The position numbers were made by a program, and so were the translations under genes. The notes under the pieces were generated by a model that saw nothing but the letters and a program-made list of their open reading frames with translations, had not been told where the DNA came from and ran no database searches. From contig JBEPZV010000001.1 of assembly GCA_041640655.1 (NCBI GenBank), positions 1-64,000 on the forward strand: 64,000 nt of DNA. Direction: 5' to 3'. How positions within the stretch are numbered: position 1 is the stretch's first letter; every line of letters begins with the position of its first letter. Origin of the DNA: a bacterium (GTDB lineage: Bacteria; Acidobacteriota; Blastocatellia; HR10). Of the stretch, positions 1 to 10,424 are shown in pieces.

Positions 1-236
1 CGAAAGTGATAACCCCCATACCCCCTCGGGCTTCGGCCCCCATCTGAAGGGCCATGAAGGGACCGATGTTTCGACCTAACCCTCTGAATCCCCACATCTT
101 AGCCTTCCGGTGATACCCCCCCTTACCCCCCCTCCCAAAACCAGGACCTCCAGGTTGTCAAACACCAAGCCGATTTGGACACGTTCGCCCTTCTTTTACT
201 CCATCTCGCCCAAAAAGTCAATGGTCAAGTAAACGG

Positions 237-404
237 TGTCAACGCCCCGTCAATGCCGTGTCAACGCCCTGTCAACGCCTTGTCAACGTCTTGTCAACGC
301 CCGCCCGGAGGGTGTCAACGCCCTGTCAACGTCTTGTCAACGTCTTGTCAACGTCCTGTCAACGCCTGCCCAAAAAGCGTCAACGCCTTGTCAACGCTCT
401 GTCA
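237..404. repeat. 11-bp tandem repeat array (consensus TGTCAACGYCY), 14 units in three blocks
   Basis: GTCAA(C) starts at 238,249,260,271,282,293 | 314,325,336,347,358 | 379,390,401 (last one GTCAG). Confidence 0.9.
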
Positions 405-912
405 GAAAGCGAAAAATGTAAAACACGCGAAAATTCGCCCGCCTCCTAACCTATTGAACACCAATAACTTCACAATCCCGCCTCAAGCCCCCGAAAATCA
501 TCCCGATTCTTTTTGCCCCTGTCACACAAAACAAAACTTCTCACGACCTTCCCAAAACGCCCGCCGCCGAAGAGGGACCCCTTTGGCCAGGGCTCCCCAC
601 GTGCGGATGCCAAGCGCGGTCTCCAAATCGTGTGGGAACCCCGAGGGCAAGAATCAAGTGCTTGTTCTGGTGTTTTCTCCAAGTCAAAGGTGTGGATGGC
701 GGGGTGGTCACTTTCAGACTTTTGCTTTATCGGACGTAGATTGCCCAATGAGCCGAACCCTACGCTCGCCCATCATTTTACCCATCCCCCCACACCCGGA
801 CGACCATTTTTTCACAATATCTTGTGAAATTCTTTCCCCCTTCCCACGGCCCCAACAGGCCACGACCTCCCTCATCGCCGAATCGCCCGCTCCTCCGCCC
901 GCCTGCCGCTCC

Positions 913-950
913 GGGCACCCCACACGCTCTCCAGATCGCATGGGAACCCC
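913..950. repeat. REP-like palindromic element copy (degenerate; another at ~590-642)
   Basis: gggcaccccacacgctctccagatcgcatgggaacccc matches the reverse complement of the family consensus GGGGTCCCCAYGCGATC..GATCGCRTGGGGTGCCC. Confidence 0.75.
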
Positions 951-1357
951 GCTCACTCCCGAATCCGAAAAATCTCCCCTACATTCCTTCCCACGCTCGC
1001 CAAATTTCGCATCCTTCCTTCTCCGGCTCCGGCCCCCCTTTCCTGTTTAGGGTTATCATGCGTTGGCTCAGAGCGACAGTTGCCTTCAGGATAGCTGTGG
1101 CACCCCTTCAGGGCTCGATGGCTCGGGCGCTCATCGGTCGTGATGCGCTGCACGACCCGACTCACCATCTCCCTGCCCGGAACCGTGGGGGTCAAAAAAT
1201 TTCGCATGGCGTGGCCCCCTTTTGGCCGAAATTGCACATTACTAAACAGAGACGACATGGTGGGGAAGCCGTTGGTCGCGAGACCGATTCCACCGAAGTG
1301 AAACCCGGCGGCCGGTGAGCTTCCACCGTCGCCTCAAAAAGACCAAAAGGAGGACCT

Positions 1358-2440
1358 ATGAAAAAGCAAGCGTTCAGGATTTTCACGATGTTGAGTTTGT
1401 TCGTTACACTGATGGGTGGGGATACGCCACTCCGCGCCGGCAAAAACACCGTCGAGCTTAGCCGCATCGCTTGGGCTGGGCCCACTGCCGCGAAACCTCA
1501 AGAGCTACCCCGCGCCATTGGTACGCTCTGGGTGACGAACACCACCACGAACGACGTGGCCGTGTTCGACGCGGCCACGGGCAACCTCATCACCACCATT
1601 GCGGTGGGAACGAGGCCGATTGGAATTCAGGCTCCCCCTGACACGGGGAAGGTCTACGTGGCCAACGAGCGCAGCAACACAGTCTCGGTCATTTCGAAAT
1701 CGAGCCTGAGCGTTGTGGCCACGATCCCGACAGGCCCGTTGCCTCATCACACGGCTCAGAGTCCGGACGGGAAGTTCGTCTATGTGGCGGAGTTTGGCAC
1801 TAACAAAATTGGTGTCATTGATACAGCGACAGATACGCTGGTCGCAGAGTTTGTGACCGGTCCGCCAGAGGCCCGAACCCATGCCCCCTGGGTAACACAA
1901 GACGGGCAGACGCTTCTAGCAGCAAACCAAGGGGTCAACCAAGTCGCGGCTCTGGACGCTCGCACCGGAGCAATCAAATGGACTCTCAACGTGGGCAATA
2001 CTCCCAGCGATATCGTCACATTACCCAACGGCAAGATCGGCTTCGTGACTTTACAAGGAGAGGATAAGGTGAAGCTCTTGGACCTCGAAACGCCGGCCAT
2101 CCTGGGTGAAATCGGAGTGGGCCCACGGCCGACAACGATGCAGCTCTCGCCGACGGGCCGTTGGTTGGTCGTATCACACGGTGGGAGCCCGGCACAGAGC
2201 GCGATCATTGACCTTCTCGAAGCTCGTTCCGTGAGTCTCATGATGTTGAGTGGAACAGGAACCCAGCACAACGCGATGTCCCAGAGCGGCCGCTTCTCGT
2301 ATGTGGCAGTCGTAGGGGGAGCGGCGCCTGGGGTCGCCGTCATCGATATGACTACGCAGGCTGTGGTGGCCTCCTACGCCTATCCCGGCGGGGGGGCTCC
2401 ACATGGAGTCTTCTACGAGCCGGCTCAGCTCTGTCGGTAG
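1358..2440 (+). CDS. Secreted YncE/YVTN-family beta-propeller protein
   Basis: AGGAGG RBS, signal peptide, repeated YVAN/YVAE...SPDGK blades. Confidence 0.85.
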   Translation: MKKQAFRIFTMLSLFVTLMGGDTPLRAGKNTVELSRIAWAGPTAAKPQELPRAIGTLWVTNTTTNDVAVFDAATGNLITTIAVGTRPIGIQAPPDTGKVYVANERSNTVSVISKSSLSVVATIPTGPLPHHTAQSPDGKFVYVAEFGTNKIGVIDTATDTLVAEFVTGPPEARTHAPWVTQDGQTLLAANQGVNQVAALDARTGAIKWTLNVGNTPSDIVTLPNGKIGFVTLQGEDKVKLLDLETPAILGEIGVGPRPTTMQLSPTGRWLVVSHGGSPAQSAIIDLLEARSVSLMMLSGTGTQHNAMSQSGRFSYVAVVGGAAPGVAVIDMTTQAVVASYAYPGGGAPHGVFYEPAQLCR

Positions 2441-2551
2441 AGACGGCGCCATGTCCTGATGCCCTTCCGGGGAAGCGGGAAGTCGCCTGAGCTGCGTTGT
2501 TCTCTCTGAGACTCAGATCATCAACGAAGAGCACGCGGAGACAGCCACCTC

Positions 2552-5359
2552 CTATCGCCCGGCGGGCGCATAGTGAGCCTTGGCTGCCTCGCACGACTTC
2601 CGCAAATCCTCCATGAACTGCTGGAACTCCGGGTCGCCACGCAGCGGCTGGAGCAGTGGATCGCGCGCATACCAGGGATAGCACGGAAAGCCCGTGTCCA
2701 CGGCTTGGCGAAGCCAACGGAGGGCTTCGCCAGGCTGACCTAGTTGGGCATAGGCCGCACCAAGGCTATGCGCCACGTGGTGATCCATGTACGCTCTGGC
2801 GGCGACGGCCCGCAGCCGTTTTTTCGCCTGCGCTCGCTCGCCACGAGCGGCAAGAAAACTGGCCAGGGTCGCTTGAGCCCGCGAGGCCGCCGACGCTGAG
2901 GAGGACCGGCTCAGTGTCTCAAGTATTCTCTCGGCCCGCGCCCGCTCACCGGAATAATAGTAGGCTTGGGCCAGCCACGAATCGGAGAGGGGCTGATCGC
3001 TCAACCGCTCCACCTCCTCCAGCAGCGGCACCGCTTCGGCATATCGGCCGCTGAGCAGAGCGGTGACGCCCCGCGTCCGCAGCGGCTCGACTTGATTCTC
3101 TGGATTGATGGCGATGCCCGCTTGGAGTTCGCGATCCACAAGCTCCAGCAAGCCCAGATGGTAAAACGCCACCGCGCGATAGAAGTGAGGCAGATCAAGG
3201 TTGGGATTGAGTTCCAGCGCCCGACGGCTTTCTTCAATCGTTCGTTCCCAGTCAAACTCTGTGTGGCGATAAATCGCCGCCAGCGCCAGGTGTGCCTCGG
3301 CCAGATTGGGATCTAACTCCAGGGTGCGGTGTGCTTCCTGTTTGGCCCGTTCACTCCACCGTTTGACTTCTGCTTCGCGGGCAAAGCGTAAGCGCATCTG
3401 GGCGCTGGCCAGGGCCAAGCCCGCGTGCGCCAGGGCATCGTTGGGATCAAGTCGCAGCGCCTCTTCGAACGCCGCTACCGCTGCCAGCGTCCCCTCCTGC
3501 GTGTAGCGGTAAAGATGCCACCGTCCCCGCATATACAGCTCATAGGCCGCGGCGTTCTCGGTGTAGCGACGATAGACTCGTGCCCGCTCGGCCGCCGTCA
3601 TTTGAATCTTGAGGGCTGTAATCACTTTTTCGGAGACCGCGTCCTGAAGGGAAAAGATGTCCGTGAACTTCTCATCGAACTGTCCTGCCCACAGCGGTGT
3701 CCCGTCCTTTACGTTCCACAGCCGCACCGTCACTCTGATTCGGTCACCCGACTTCTGTATGCTCCCATCCAGCACCGCATCCACTCGCAGTTCTCGACCT
3801 GCGGCGAACGGGTCTTGCTCACGCTCGGTGTACTTGCGCACCGCGCTCGTTGGCCGCACCCTGATTTGCCGTATAGCGGTCAGTTTGGTGATCAGCGTAT
3901 CGGTCATCCCCAGCTCAAGTGCTTCGTTTCGACTTTCAGCCGCGAGCGATGCAAATGGCAGCACGGCGAGCGACGTGATCTCGGAAGGCAAGACGGCGAC
4001 CGACTCGATGGCCTGATCGGCCACCTTCTCTTGTCGAAGAAGCGCGGAGAGGGTCATCAAGAGCGCGATCAGCAGCGCCACAAAGAAGGCGGCGGCGATC
4101 ACGCCGACCTTGTTTCTCCTGATGAACTTGGCCATTCGATAGCGGAGCGTGCCTCGACGGGCCAGCACCGGCTGGCCTTCCAAATACCGCCGGATGTCCT
4201 CGGAGAACGCCTCCACCGAGGCATACCGCTTCTCCGGTTCCTTGCGCAGCGCCTTGAGCACAATGGCATCCAGATCACCGGCCAAGTGTCGGCGGAGCTT
4301 CTCAGGCTCTTCCTCGCGCATCCGACGCACGGATTCAGGCCTCAGCGGGGAAGGAGTTTCAGGGCCGGACACCTCCTCGGCGCGACCGATGACACGGCTC
4401 GGCTTTTCCGGCTCTTGCTCGCAGATGGCCCGCTCCAGCTCCGACAGCGAACGACCCGTCAGTCGGTAAGGTCGGCGTCCGGTGAGCAGCTCGTACAAGA
4501 GCACGCCCAGCGAGTAGACATCGCTGGCCGGCGTCACCGCTTCGCCGCGCACCTGCTCCGGGCTGGCATACTCCGGCGTCATGGGCCGCACCATCGGCGT
4601 GGATTCCACCGTTTGCGCGTACAGCTCCGGATCGAGCACCTTGGCGATGCCAAAATCGAGCAGCTTCGGCACGCCCTCGGCGGTCACCAAAATGTTGCTC
4701 GGCTTCAGGTCCCGGTGAACGACCTGGTGCTGATGGGCATAGTGGACGGCCGAGCAGACGGTGCGAAAAAGCTTCAATCGCTCCTGTATGGACAGCTTCT
4801 GCCGGTCCGCGTAGACATCAATGGGAAGCCCGTCCACATAATCCATCACAAAGTAAGGCAGCCCATCGTCGGTTGTGCCGCCGTCGAGCAGCTTGGCAAT
4901 ATTCGGGTGATCCAGACTGGCCAGAATCTGCCGCTCGCGGCGAAAGCGACGGACGACGGCGTCTGTATCCACGCCCCGCTTCACGATTTTGATGGCCACC
5001 TGTTTTTGGTACTCCCGGTCGGCGCGCCTGGCCCGATAGACGACGCCCATCCCGCCCCGGCTGATCTCATCGAGGATTTGGTACGACCCGATCCGCTGCC
5101 CTACCAGGGAGTCGGGTTGATCGTCTGCGGGCAACGGAGTTTCTTCCTCCATCCACAGCGAGTCGCCGTGGGCGACAATCGCCGGCTCCTCCAAGAAGTT
5201 CGTGGCCTGTGCGTCGGCGGCCAGTAGCGCCTCCAGTTGCCGGCGCAACTCGGCATCCCCCGCGCAGGCTTGATCCAGGAACGTCGCGCGCTCCTCGGGC
5301 TCGCGTTCCAGAGCCGCGTGCAGCAGGTCCGTGATTTGTTTCCAGCGTTCCGGCGTCAT
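2552..5359 (-). CDS. Ser/Thr protein kinase with TM, TolB-like and TPR domains
   Basis: GGMGVVY, VAIK, HRDLKPSN, DFG, TPEYASPE motifs; MTPERW start typical of ECF-linked kinases; TPR repeats. Confidence 0.93.
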   Translation of the reverse strand: MTPERWKQITDLLHAALEREPEERATFLDQACAGDAELRRQLEALLAADAQATNFLEEPAIVAHGDSLWMEEETPLPADDQPDSLVGQRIGSYQILDEISRGGMGVVYRARRADREYQKQVAIKIVKRGVDTDAVVRRFRRERQILASLDHPNIAKLLDGGTTDDGLPYFVMDYVDGLPIDVYADRQKLSIQERLKLFRTVCSAVHYAHQHQVVHRDLKPSNILVTAEGVPKLLDFGIAKVLDPELYAQTVESTPMVRPMTPEYASPEQVRGEAVTPASDVYSLGVLLYELLTGRRPYRLTGRSLSELERAICEQEPEKPSRVIGRAEEVSGPETPSPLRPESVRRMREEEPEKLRRHLAGDLDAIVLKALRKEPEKRYASVEAFSEDIRRYLEGQPVLARRGTLRYRMAKFIRRNKVGVIAAAFFVALLIALLMTLSALLRQEKVADQAIESVAVLPSEITSLAVLPFASLAAESRNEALELGMTDTLITKLTAIRQIRVRPTSAVRKYTEREQDPFAAGRELRVDAVLDGSIQKSGDRIRVTVRLWNVKDGTPLWAGQFDEKFTDIFSLQDAVSEKVITALKIQMTAAERARVYRRYTENAAAYELYMRGRWHLYRYTQEGTLAAVAAFEEALRLDPNDALAHAGLALASAQMRLRFAREAEVKRWSERAKQEAHRTLELDPNLAEAHLALAAIYRHTEFDWERTIEESRRALELNPNLDLPHFYRAVAFYHLGLLELVDRELQAGIAINPENQVEPLRTRGVTALLSGRYAEAVPLLEEVERLSDQPLSDSWLAQAYYYSGERARAERILETLSRSSSASAASRAQATLASFLAARGERAQAKKRLRAVAARAYMDHHVAHSLGAAYAQLGQPGEALRWLRQAVDTGFPCYPWYARDPLLQPLRGDPEFQQFMEDLRKSCEAAKAHYAPAGR

Positions 5360-5361
5360 AC

Positions 5362-5399
5362 GATTGCGGATTGCGGATTTCGGATTGCGGATTTTTGAT
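5362..5399. repeat. 7-mer tandem repeat (GATTGCG)n, left flank of four-helix-bundle gene
   Basis: gattgcggattgcggatttcggattgcggatttttgatt. Confidence 0.85.
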
Positions 5400-5755
5400 T
5401 CATCGCTTGCTGCCTCTGGCCGTGTTGATTGACGACACAACGATAGAGAGAATTTGGTTCGCCTCATCCAAGAGATCTGCCACTCGACTCTGTCTCAGCA
5501 AGCCAGCCTCCACAAGCAACTCAATCCAGTAGATGGATTCGTCAGCTCTTCCTCGACAATGCCCAGTTTGGCAATGAGATCGGCGGTGGATTTGGCCCGA
5601 CAAGCGACTCGGTAGTTGGCACCAACCGATGTTCCGCAACGCAACAACTGGCCGCCGAGCACCTTGGCCGTCGGTGTTTGCGGCAGACTTTCAACTAGCT
5701 TGATTATCCTCAATGCAAACGCGCGCGTCCTGGCTTTCATTTCTTCTGGGGTCAT
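5400..5755 (-). pseudogene. Four-helix-bundle protein (23S rRNA IVS/Avd-like family), 1-nt frameshift near 5547
   Basis: QLLRCGTSVGANYRVACRAKSTADLIAKLGIVEEE in one frame continues as ADESIYWIELL...EANQILSIVVSSI in another. Confidence 0.85.
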
Positions 5756-6351
5756 GTTTCTTTTTCTCCAATCCGCAATCCGCAATCCGCATTCCGCAAT
5801 TGGTCATAGAGCCAGGCTTTGGCCACGCGCCACTGGCGTTTGACCGTGCGAGGCGACAAGCCCAGGACTTCCGCCGTCTCGTCCACCGTCAGCCCGCCAA
5901 AGAATCGGAGTTCCACGATCCGGCTTTTCTGAGGGTCGAGCGCGTCCAGGCGGATGAGGGCCTGGTCGAGCGCGACGAGATCCACCACGGGCTCCTCGGA
6001 CAAACCCACCGCGTCCTCAAGAGACACCGAGGAGCGAGCGCCTCCCCGCTTGGCCGCATGGCGACGGCGGGCGTGTTGGACGAGGATCTGGCGCATCAGA
6101 TTCGCAGCGATGCCAAAGAAGTGAGCGCGGTTGTGCCAGCGGACTTTGGTCTGGTCTACCAACTTGAGATATGCCTCGTGAACCAGCGCTGTCGTTTGCA
6201 GCGTGTGACCCGGACGCTCGCGCCGCATGTAGTGACGAGCCAGCCGGCGCAACTCGTCATAGATGAGCGGCATCAATCGGTCGAGCGCCGTCCGATCGCC
6301 GTTGCTCCACCGGATGAGCAACTCGGTCACTTCTCCCGACGATGGGGTCAC
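5752..6351 (-). CDS. ECF sigma-70 factor (TIGR02999-like, kinase-associated)
   Basis: [36 protein letters not shown] motifs. Confidence 0.93.
   Translation of the reverse strand: MTPSSGEVTELLIRWSNGDRTALDRLMPLIYDELRRLARHYMRRERPGHTLQTTALVHEAYLKLVDQTKVRWHNRAHFFGIAANLMRQILVQHARRRHAAKRGGARSSVSLEDAVGLSEEPVVDLVALDQALIRLDALDPQKSRIVELRFFGGLTVDETAEVLGLSPRTVKRQWRVAKAWLYDQLRNADCGLRIGEKET
5769..5802. repeat. 7-mer tandem repeat (CAATCCG)n, inverted relative to 5362-5399
   Basis: caatccgcaatccgcaatccgcattccgcaattg. Confidence 0.85.
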
Positions 6352-6676
6352 CGTTCTCCCCCCTCGCAGGCGATGCGATCAACCTTCGCCACCGCCAATT
6401 GTAGCCGTCTTTTCCCCCTCAGGCGAGGGGCGGCCGTCTGACTCCCTCCCCTCGACCCGCTGCCGGACTTCACGTCCCTCAGCCCTCTCGAGCTGAGCCA
6501 CATTCTCGGCCCAGGAGCGCATCCCATCCGTAGGCGACGCTCCGTTCGTTCGGAGCAGCCGTCCCGGCACCTTATTTCAACGCCTCGTTTGCTCGAAAAA
6601 CGGCCCCCTCTCATCCCGGATCCTGGCACGGTGGAATGCCACCGCCCTGTGTCACAAACAGCAACTGCCCGAAGTC

Positions 6677-7540
6677 TCATGAACCCACGTCTCGATGCCC
6701 CTCCCGCATCCGCTGCCACCATAGGCTGCCCGGTGGAAGAGCCACACCCCCCCGGCGCCGCACCATCCCCACAGTCCAAGCCACGCTCGCCACTATCGTG
6801 AGCACGCGCGGCACCTCGACCCCCAAAGACCCGGAAAACGCCGTCTCACCCATGCGAAACAGTTCCCACCAGAGATTCATGAAGAAATGCAACGCCACCG
6901 GAAGCCACACCTCATACTGCCACGCGACAAAAAGCCAAGCGAACCAAACCGCTCCCACGAACGTCACGGCGAAGATCGCCGCGCCCTGAAGCGGGGTAGA
7001 AGCTTGGTAAAGGTGGCCGAACGCGAAGATCAGGGCATTCAACCCGGCGGCAGGAACGAACCCCCACCGCCCATGGCGGAAAAGTTGACCGAAAAGAAAC
7101 GCCCGGTAGAACACCTCCTCCCGAAACGCCGCGCGAAACTGCGCCAAAACCAGAAGGGGCACCACCGAGACTTCCACCGCCCGACCGGCCCACGCGTACC
7201 CAAACAACATGGGTGAGCTGAACGCCATCGCATATCCAACGGCCCTCCCCACATTCCCAACGAGCCCCAGTTCCCTCCACACCCTCTCCCGCCCGTGGAG
7301 AAGGCATACCACACCAGCGACCGGCAGCACGTACCAGAGAAGGGCTGCCAGTTCGGCCACCACCACGGGGAGAACCCCTGAGCTTTGGGGAAACAACTCG
7401 CGGACCCAAGCATAACCAAAATGAACGTCGGCCCACCGGATCAAGCCAGCACTCGCAATTACAACGGCGGCGAGCTGTAGGGGCTTCGATCGCCGATCCC
7501 GGATCACACCCGCAAGAGGTGCACCCCAAAAGTTGGACAT
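6677..7540 (-). CDS. CPBP/CAAX (Abi) family intramembrane metalloprotease (start uncertain)
   Basis: EEVFYRA, FAFGH, HFFMN motifs; multiple TM segments. Confidence 0.85.
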   Translation of the reverse strand: MSNFWGAPLAGVIRDRRSKPLQLAAVVIASAGLIRWADVHFGYAWVRELFPQSSGVLPVVVAELAALLWYVLPVAGVVCLLHGRERVWRELGLVGNVGRAVGYAMAFSSPMLFGYAWAGRAVEVSVVPLLVLAQFRAAFREEVFYRAFLFGQLFRHGRWGFVPAAGLNALIFAFGHLYQASTPLQGAAIFAVTFVGAVWFAWLFVAWQYEVWLPVALHFFMNLWWELFRMGETAFSGSLGVEVPRVLTIVASVAWTVGMVRRRGGVALPPGSLWWQRMREGHRDVGS

Positions 7541-7663
7541 GGTCGCCCCCGAAATGGGGATGCCTCCGGCCTACCAGTGTGGACATCTTTTCTCTTTGTT
7601 CGCGGGCCGCCGAACGGCTCGCCGAGCGGGCGGTAGAGGCGGCCTATCGAGCATCCACACGAG

Positions 7664-8683
7664 CTACGCTTTCGTCGCCTCCACAACTCCCATGAGTTTC
7701 GAAGGCGGATACCATGTGGTGCGGTATCTCCACCCGGCGTGCTCAAAGAGGCCGGCATATTCTTCCTCCGTGCGCTCCCGACCACCCGTCGCGCACATCA
7801 TGTGAATGTCGAACAGCTTCGCAAAGTGCGGAGCGTCCGGTCCAGGCACCACATACTCGGCGACGAAGACTCGGGCATTCGCCGGTGCCGCTGTGTGGAT
7901 GTTCGAGAGGATCCGCTCACAATCCGCATCGTTCCAGTCGTGGAGAATGTGCTTCAGGAGATAAGCGTCAGCACCCGGAACCTCTGCGAACATGTCGCCC
8001 GCAACGTATTCGCAGCGGCTGGCGACGTTCATCTTCTCGGCCCACAGCAACTCCCCCTGCTCAATGACGCTCGGCAGTTCGAAGACCGTGCCCCGAAGAT
8101 GAGGATGCTTCGCCAGCAGGCTGCAGAGCAGATGGCCGTGCCCGCCCCCGACATCGCAGACGTGAGAGATCGTGGAGAAATCGTACGTGGCCAGCGCCTC
8201 CAGGACCATCGTCGTTTCACCACCCGAGAGACTGCTCATCGCGTCGTTGAAGACCGCACTATAACCGCGATCCTCAACGGCATGGACGAAGATCGGGCGG
8301 CCGAACTCCCGGACGAAGCCGTCTGGTCCCCCCTCACGAACGAGAGCACACAGGTGCTTCCAGACGGCGTAATGTTCCGGGCCTTCCTCCAAGAGCGTGA
8401 TGCCCCGCAGGCTCTGAGGATGATCCGCCCGCAAGAATTCTCCCGAGGCTGTGAGCGAGAACGAGCGGTCTCGATCCTCGCTCAGAAGCCCCAGGCTGGC
8501 GAGAGCACGCAACAGCCGGTAGGTGTGCGGCCCATGGAGCTTAAGCTCAGACGCGACCTCATCAGCTCTCTTAGGTCCGGCACCCAGGGCCTCGAAGACC
8601 CCCAGTCTGACGCCGGCGTAGAGAATCTGACTCCGCCATCGTCCAAGAAGAAGGTCCATCACCGATTGCCGTGGATCATTCAT
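7664..8683 (-). CDS. SAM-dependent O-methyltransferase (integron cassette gene)
   Basis: DVGGGHG, GDMF, ILHDWND motifs; GGAGGAG RBS; begins just after attC 8713-8771. Confidence 0.92.
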   Translation of the reverse strand: MNDPRQSVMDLLLGRWRSQILYAGVRLGVFEALGAGPKRADEVASELKLHGPHTYRLLRALASLGLLSEDRDRSFSLTASGEFLRADHPQSLRGITLLEEGPEHYAVWKHLCALVREGGPDGFVREFGRPIFVHAVEDRGYSAVFNDAMSSLSGGETTMVLEALATYDFSTISHVCDVGGGHGHLLCSLLAKHPHLRGTVFELPSVIEQGELLWAEKMNVASRCEYVAGDMFAEVPGADAYLLKHILHDWNDADCERILSNIHTAAPANARVFVAEYVVPGPDAPHFAKLFDIHMMCATGGRERTEEEYAGLFEHAGWRYRTTWYPPSKLMGVVEATKA

Positions 8684-8712
8684 CGCGCTCCTCCTCCGGT
8701 ACCTGGAATGCC

Positions 8713-8771
8713 GCCTAACGCCAGGGATGAACCGTGAGCGTCTGCGGGTCGGCTCCATCCCCGTGTTAGGC
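8713..8771 (-). other. attC site
   Basis: GCCTAAC...GTTAGGC, 59-bp imperfect palindrome directly downstream of a cassette gene. Confidence 0.9.
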
Positions 8772-8807
8772 CAAAGTTCGAGAAGACATGAGGGGTAATG
8801 TCAGCCC

Positions 8808-9251
8808 CTACTTTGCGGGCACCAAGTCGAACTTGCCGGACGATTCTTCGTAAAAGAGCGCACCCTCTTTCGCGTCCCCGCCGCTCCGGTGCTTGTGCCT
8901 GCCTGGAATCCGGATGAAGTCGCCCGGCCCGACCCGCTTCTCTCCAGCATCGTCCTTGTACAGGAAAGCACCCTTGAGAACCACGATCCAGACATCGTTC
9001 GTGTGCGTGTGCATCCCCGCGTCGAATCCCGGCACGAACTTGGTAAACGCGCCGTAGGGCCCCTTGTCAGGGTCCCCCCAGAGGACAGCCTTGGAAATGC
9101 CTGGAACCACTTCCTTGAAGGTCGCCTTGTCTGCGGGGACAAAGATCAGTGTTTTCTTTTTTGGCTGCCGTTGCTGGCCTTGCGCAAATCCGATCGCGCA
9201 TGTAACGGCTAAGGCAGCCGCTACTCCCACAACCGTCAATGTTCTTTTCAT
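8808..9251 (-). CDS. Secreted cupin-domain (DUF4437-like) protein, cassette gene
   Basis: Signal peptide, HTH...H cupin metal motifs; AAGGAGG RBS; flanked by attC sites. Confidence 0.8.
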   Translation of the reverse strand: MKRTLTVVGVAAALAVTCAIGFAQGQQRQPKKKTLIFVPADKATFKEVVPGISKAVLWGDPDKGPYGAFTKFVPGFDAGMHTHTNDVWIVVLKGAFLYKDDAGEKRVGPGDFIRIPGRHKHRSGGDAKEGALFYEESSGKFDLVPAK

Positions 9252-9284
9252 GTCATCCTCCTTCGCATGTTTGGTTTGTATTTG

Positions 9285-9354
9285 GCTCAACGGTCGGGTT
9301 CAGCCGCGTTGCGGAGCACAGCGGAGCAACGTCGGCTGCAACCCGGTGTTAGGC
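9285..9354 (-). other. attC site
   Basis: Minus strand GCCTAAC...GTTGAGC with GGTTGCAGCCG/CGGCTGAACC arms. Confidence 0.88.
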
Positions 9355-9388
9355 CGCCTGTGGTTTGCAAGGTGACCACCTTACTTGC

Positions 9389-10408
9389 CTACGGGTGCGA
9401 GTGAGTAGCCAAACCTTCGTGCGTGTGCTCTGCTATACAATGGTGTTCTTCCCCTGAGTGATTCGTCGGGTCAACATGAATAGTGACATTCGAAAGGTAG
9501 GGCAAGTGACGCAGGAGTTGATGTCTGACTTCGACTGCAATTGCGTGCCCTTCGACAACCGACAGTTCGGGACTTACGGCAAGATTGACTTCGGCGTACA
9601 AACGATGACCTGACCAGCGCGCCCGCACCTCGGTAACATCGCGTACACCTTGCGTATGATTCACGGCGTGTCTAATCGCATCAATCACTTCAGGGTCAAC
9701 TCAGTCCACCAAGCGGGTAAGAACTGCCTTCCCCGACTTCCAAACAATGCCCAGTATAGCAATTGTGATGAGCAAGCCTACAATTGGGTCTGCTGAGGGA
9801 TAACCGAGCCAGACACCCACTGAGCCGAGCAACACCCCTAAACTGGTCAAGCCATCTACACGGGCATGGTAACCATCTGCAACCAGAGCGGTGCTGTTGA
9901 TTTGTTTACCTACCCGAATGCGGAAATCCGCCACGAGCTCATTGCCTGCGAAACCAATAATGGAGGCAACGACAACAGCCCACAGATGCTGAACGGGTTG
10001 GGGATGCAAAAGACGGTCAACCGATTGATACCCTGCGACAACCGCGCTGAGTAAGATGGTCAGTACGATGATAACTCCCACTACGTCTTCCACACGCCCA
10101 TAACCGTAAGTGAAACGGCGGGAGGGTTGTCGCCGCGCCAGGGTAAACGCAAGCCATAGAGGAAGTGCTGTTGTCGCGCCGCCAAAATTGTGTATCGTGT
10201 CGGCAAGCAGCGCCACGCTACCCGAAAAGAAGACGATGACCACCTGAAATACAGCCGTAGCAGCCAAGCCGATGAGAGACCATTTGACAGCCCAAATGCC
10301 ACGCTGAGTGGTGAGCAGTGCTGGGTCGATTGTGCCGTGCGTGTGATTATGCGTATCGTGATGGCCGTGAGACTGGTCATTTGTGTGCCAGTGTCTGCGA
10401 TTGAACAT
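9389..10408 (-). pseudogene. Cation diffusion facilitator (CDF) metal transporter cassette with in-frame TGA at 9701-9703
   Basis: His-rich N-terminus, SVALLADTIHN, ADGYHARVD; the frame continues RLVD*VDPEVI into the C-terminal dimerisation domain. Confidence 0.85.
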
Positions 10409-10424
10409 TGGTATCTCCTGAGCG

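Noticed and set aside
237..404. Possible CRISPR array
   Set aside because: Units are 11 bp with no unique spacers, and no cas genes are present.
175..1050. 291-aa ORF and overlapping short ORFs
   Set aside because: Translation of the 11-bp repeat and REP copies; all frames are open and there are no domain features.
5400..5755. Avd-like gene suggesting a diversity-generating retroelement
   Set aside because: No reverse transcriptase and no TR/VR pair with A-specific mismatches in the window.
7519..7586. gtgcaccccaaaagttggaca resembling an IS3-family terminal repeat
   Set aside because: No transposase or convincing partner inverted repeat; at most a scar.
7605..7645. Possible attC after the methyltransferase (GTTCGGC box)
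   Set aside because: Too short and lacks a proper RYYYAAC box; cannot show that the CAAX protease gene is a cassette.
9701..9703. TGA in the CDF gene as selenocysteine or as evidence of UGA=Gly/Trp recoding
   Set aside because: The position corresponds to Gly rather than Cys, no clear hairpin follows, and many intact genes here end in TGA.
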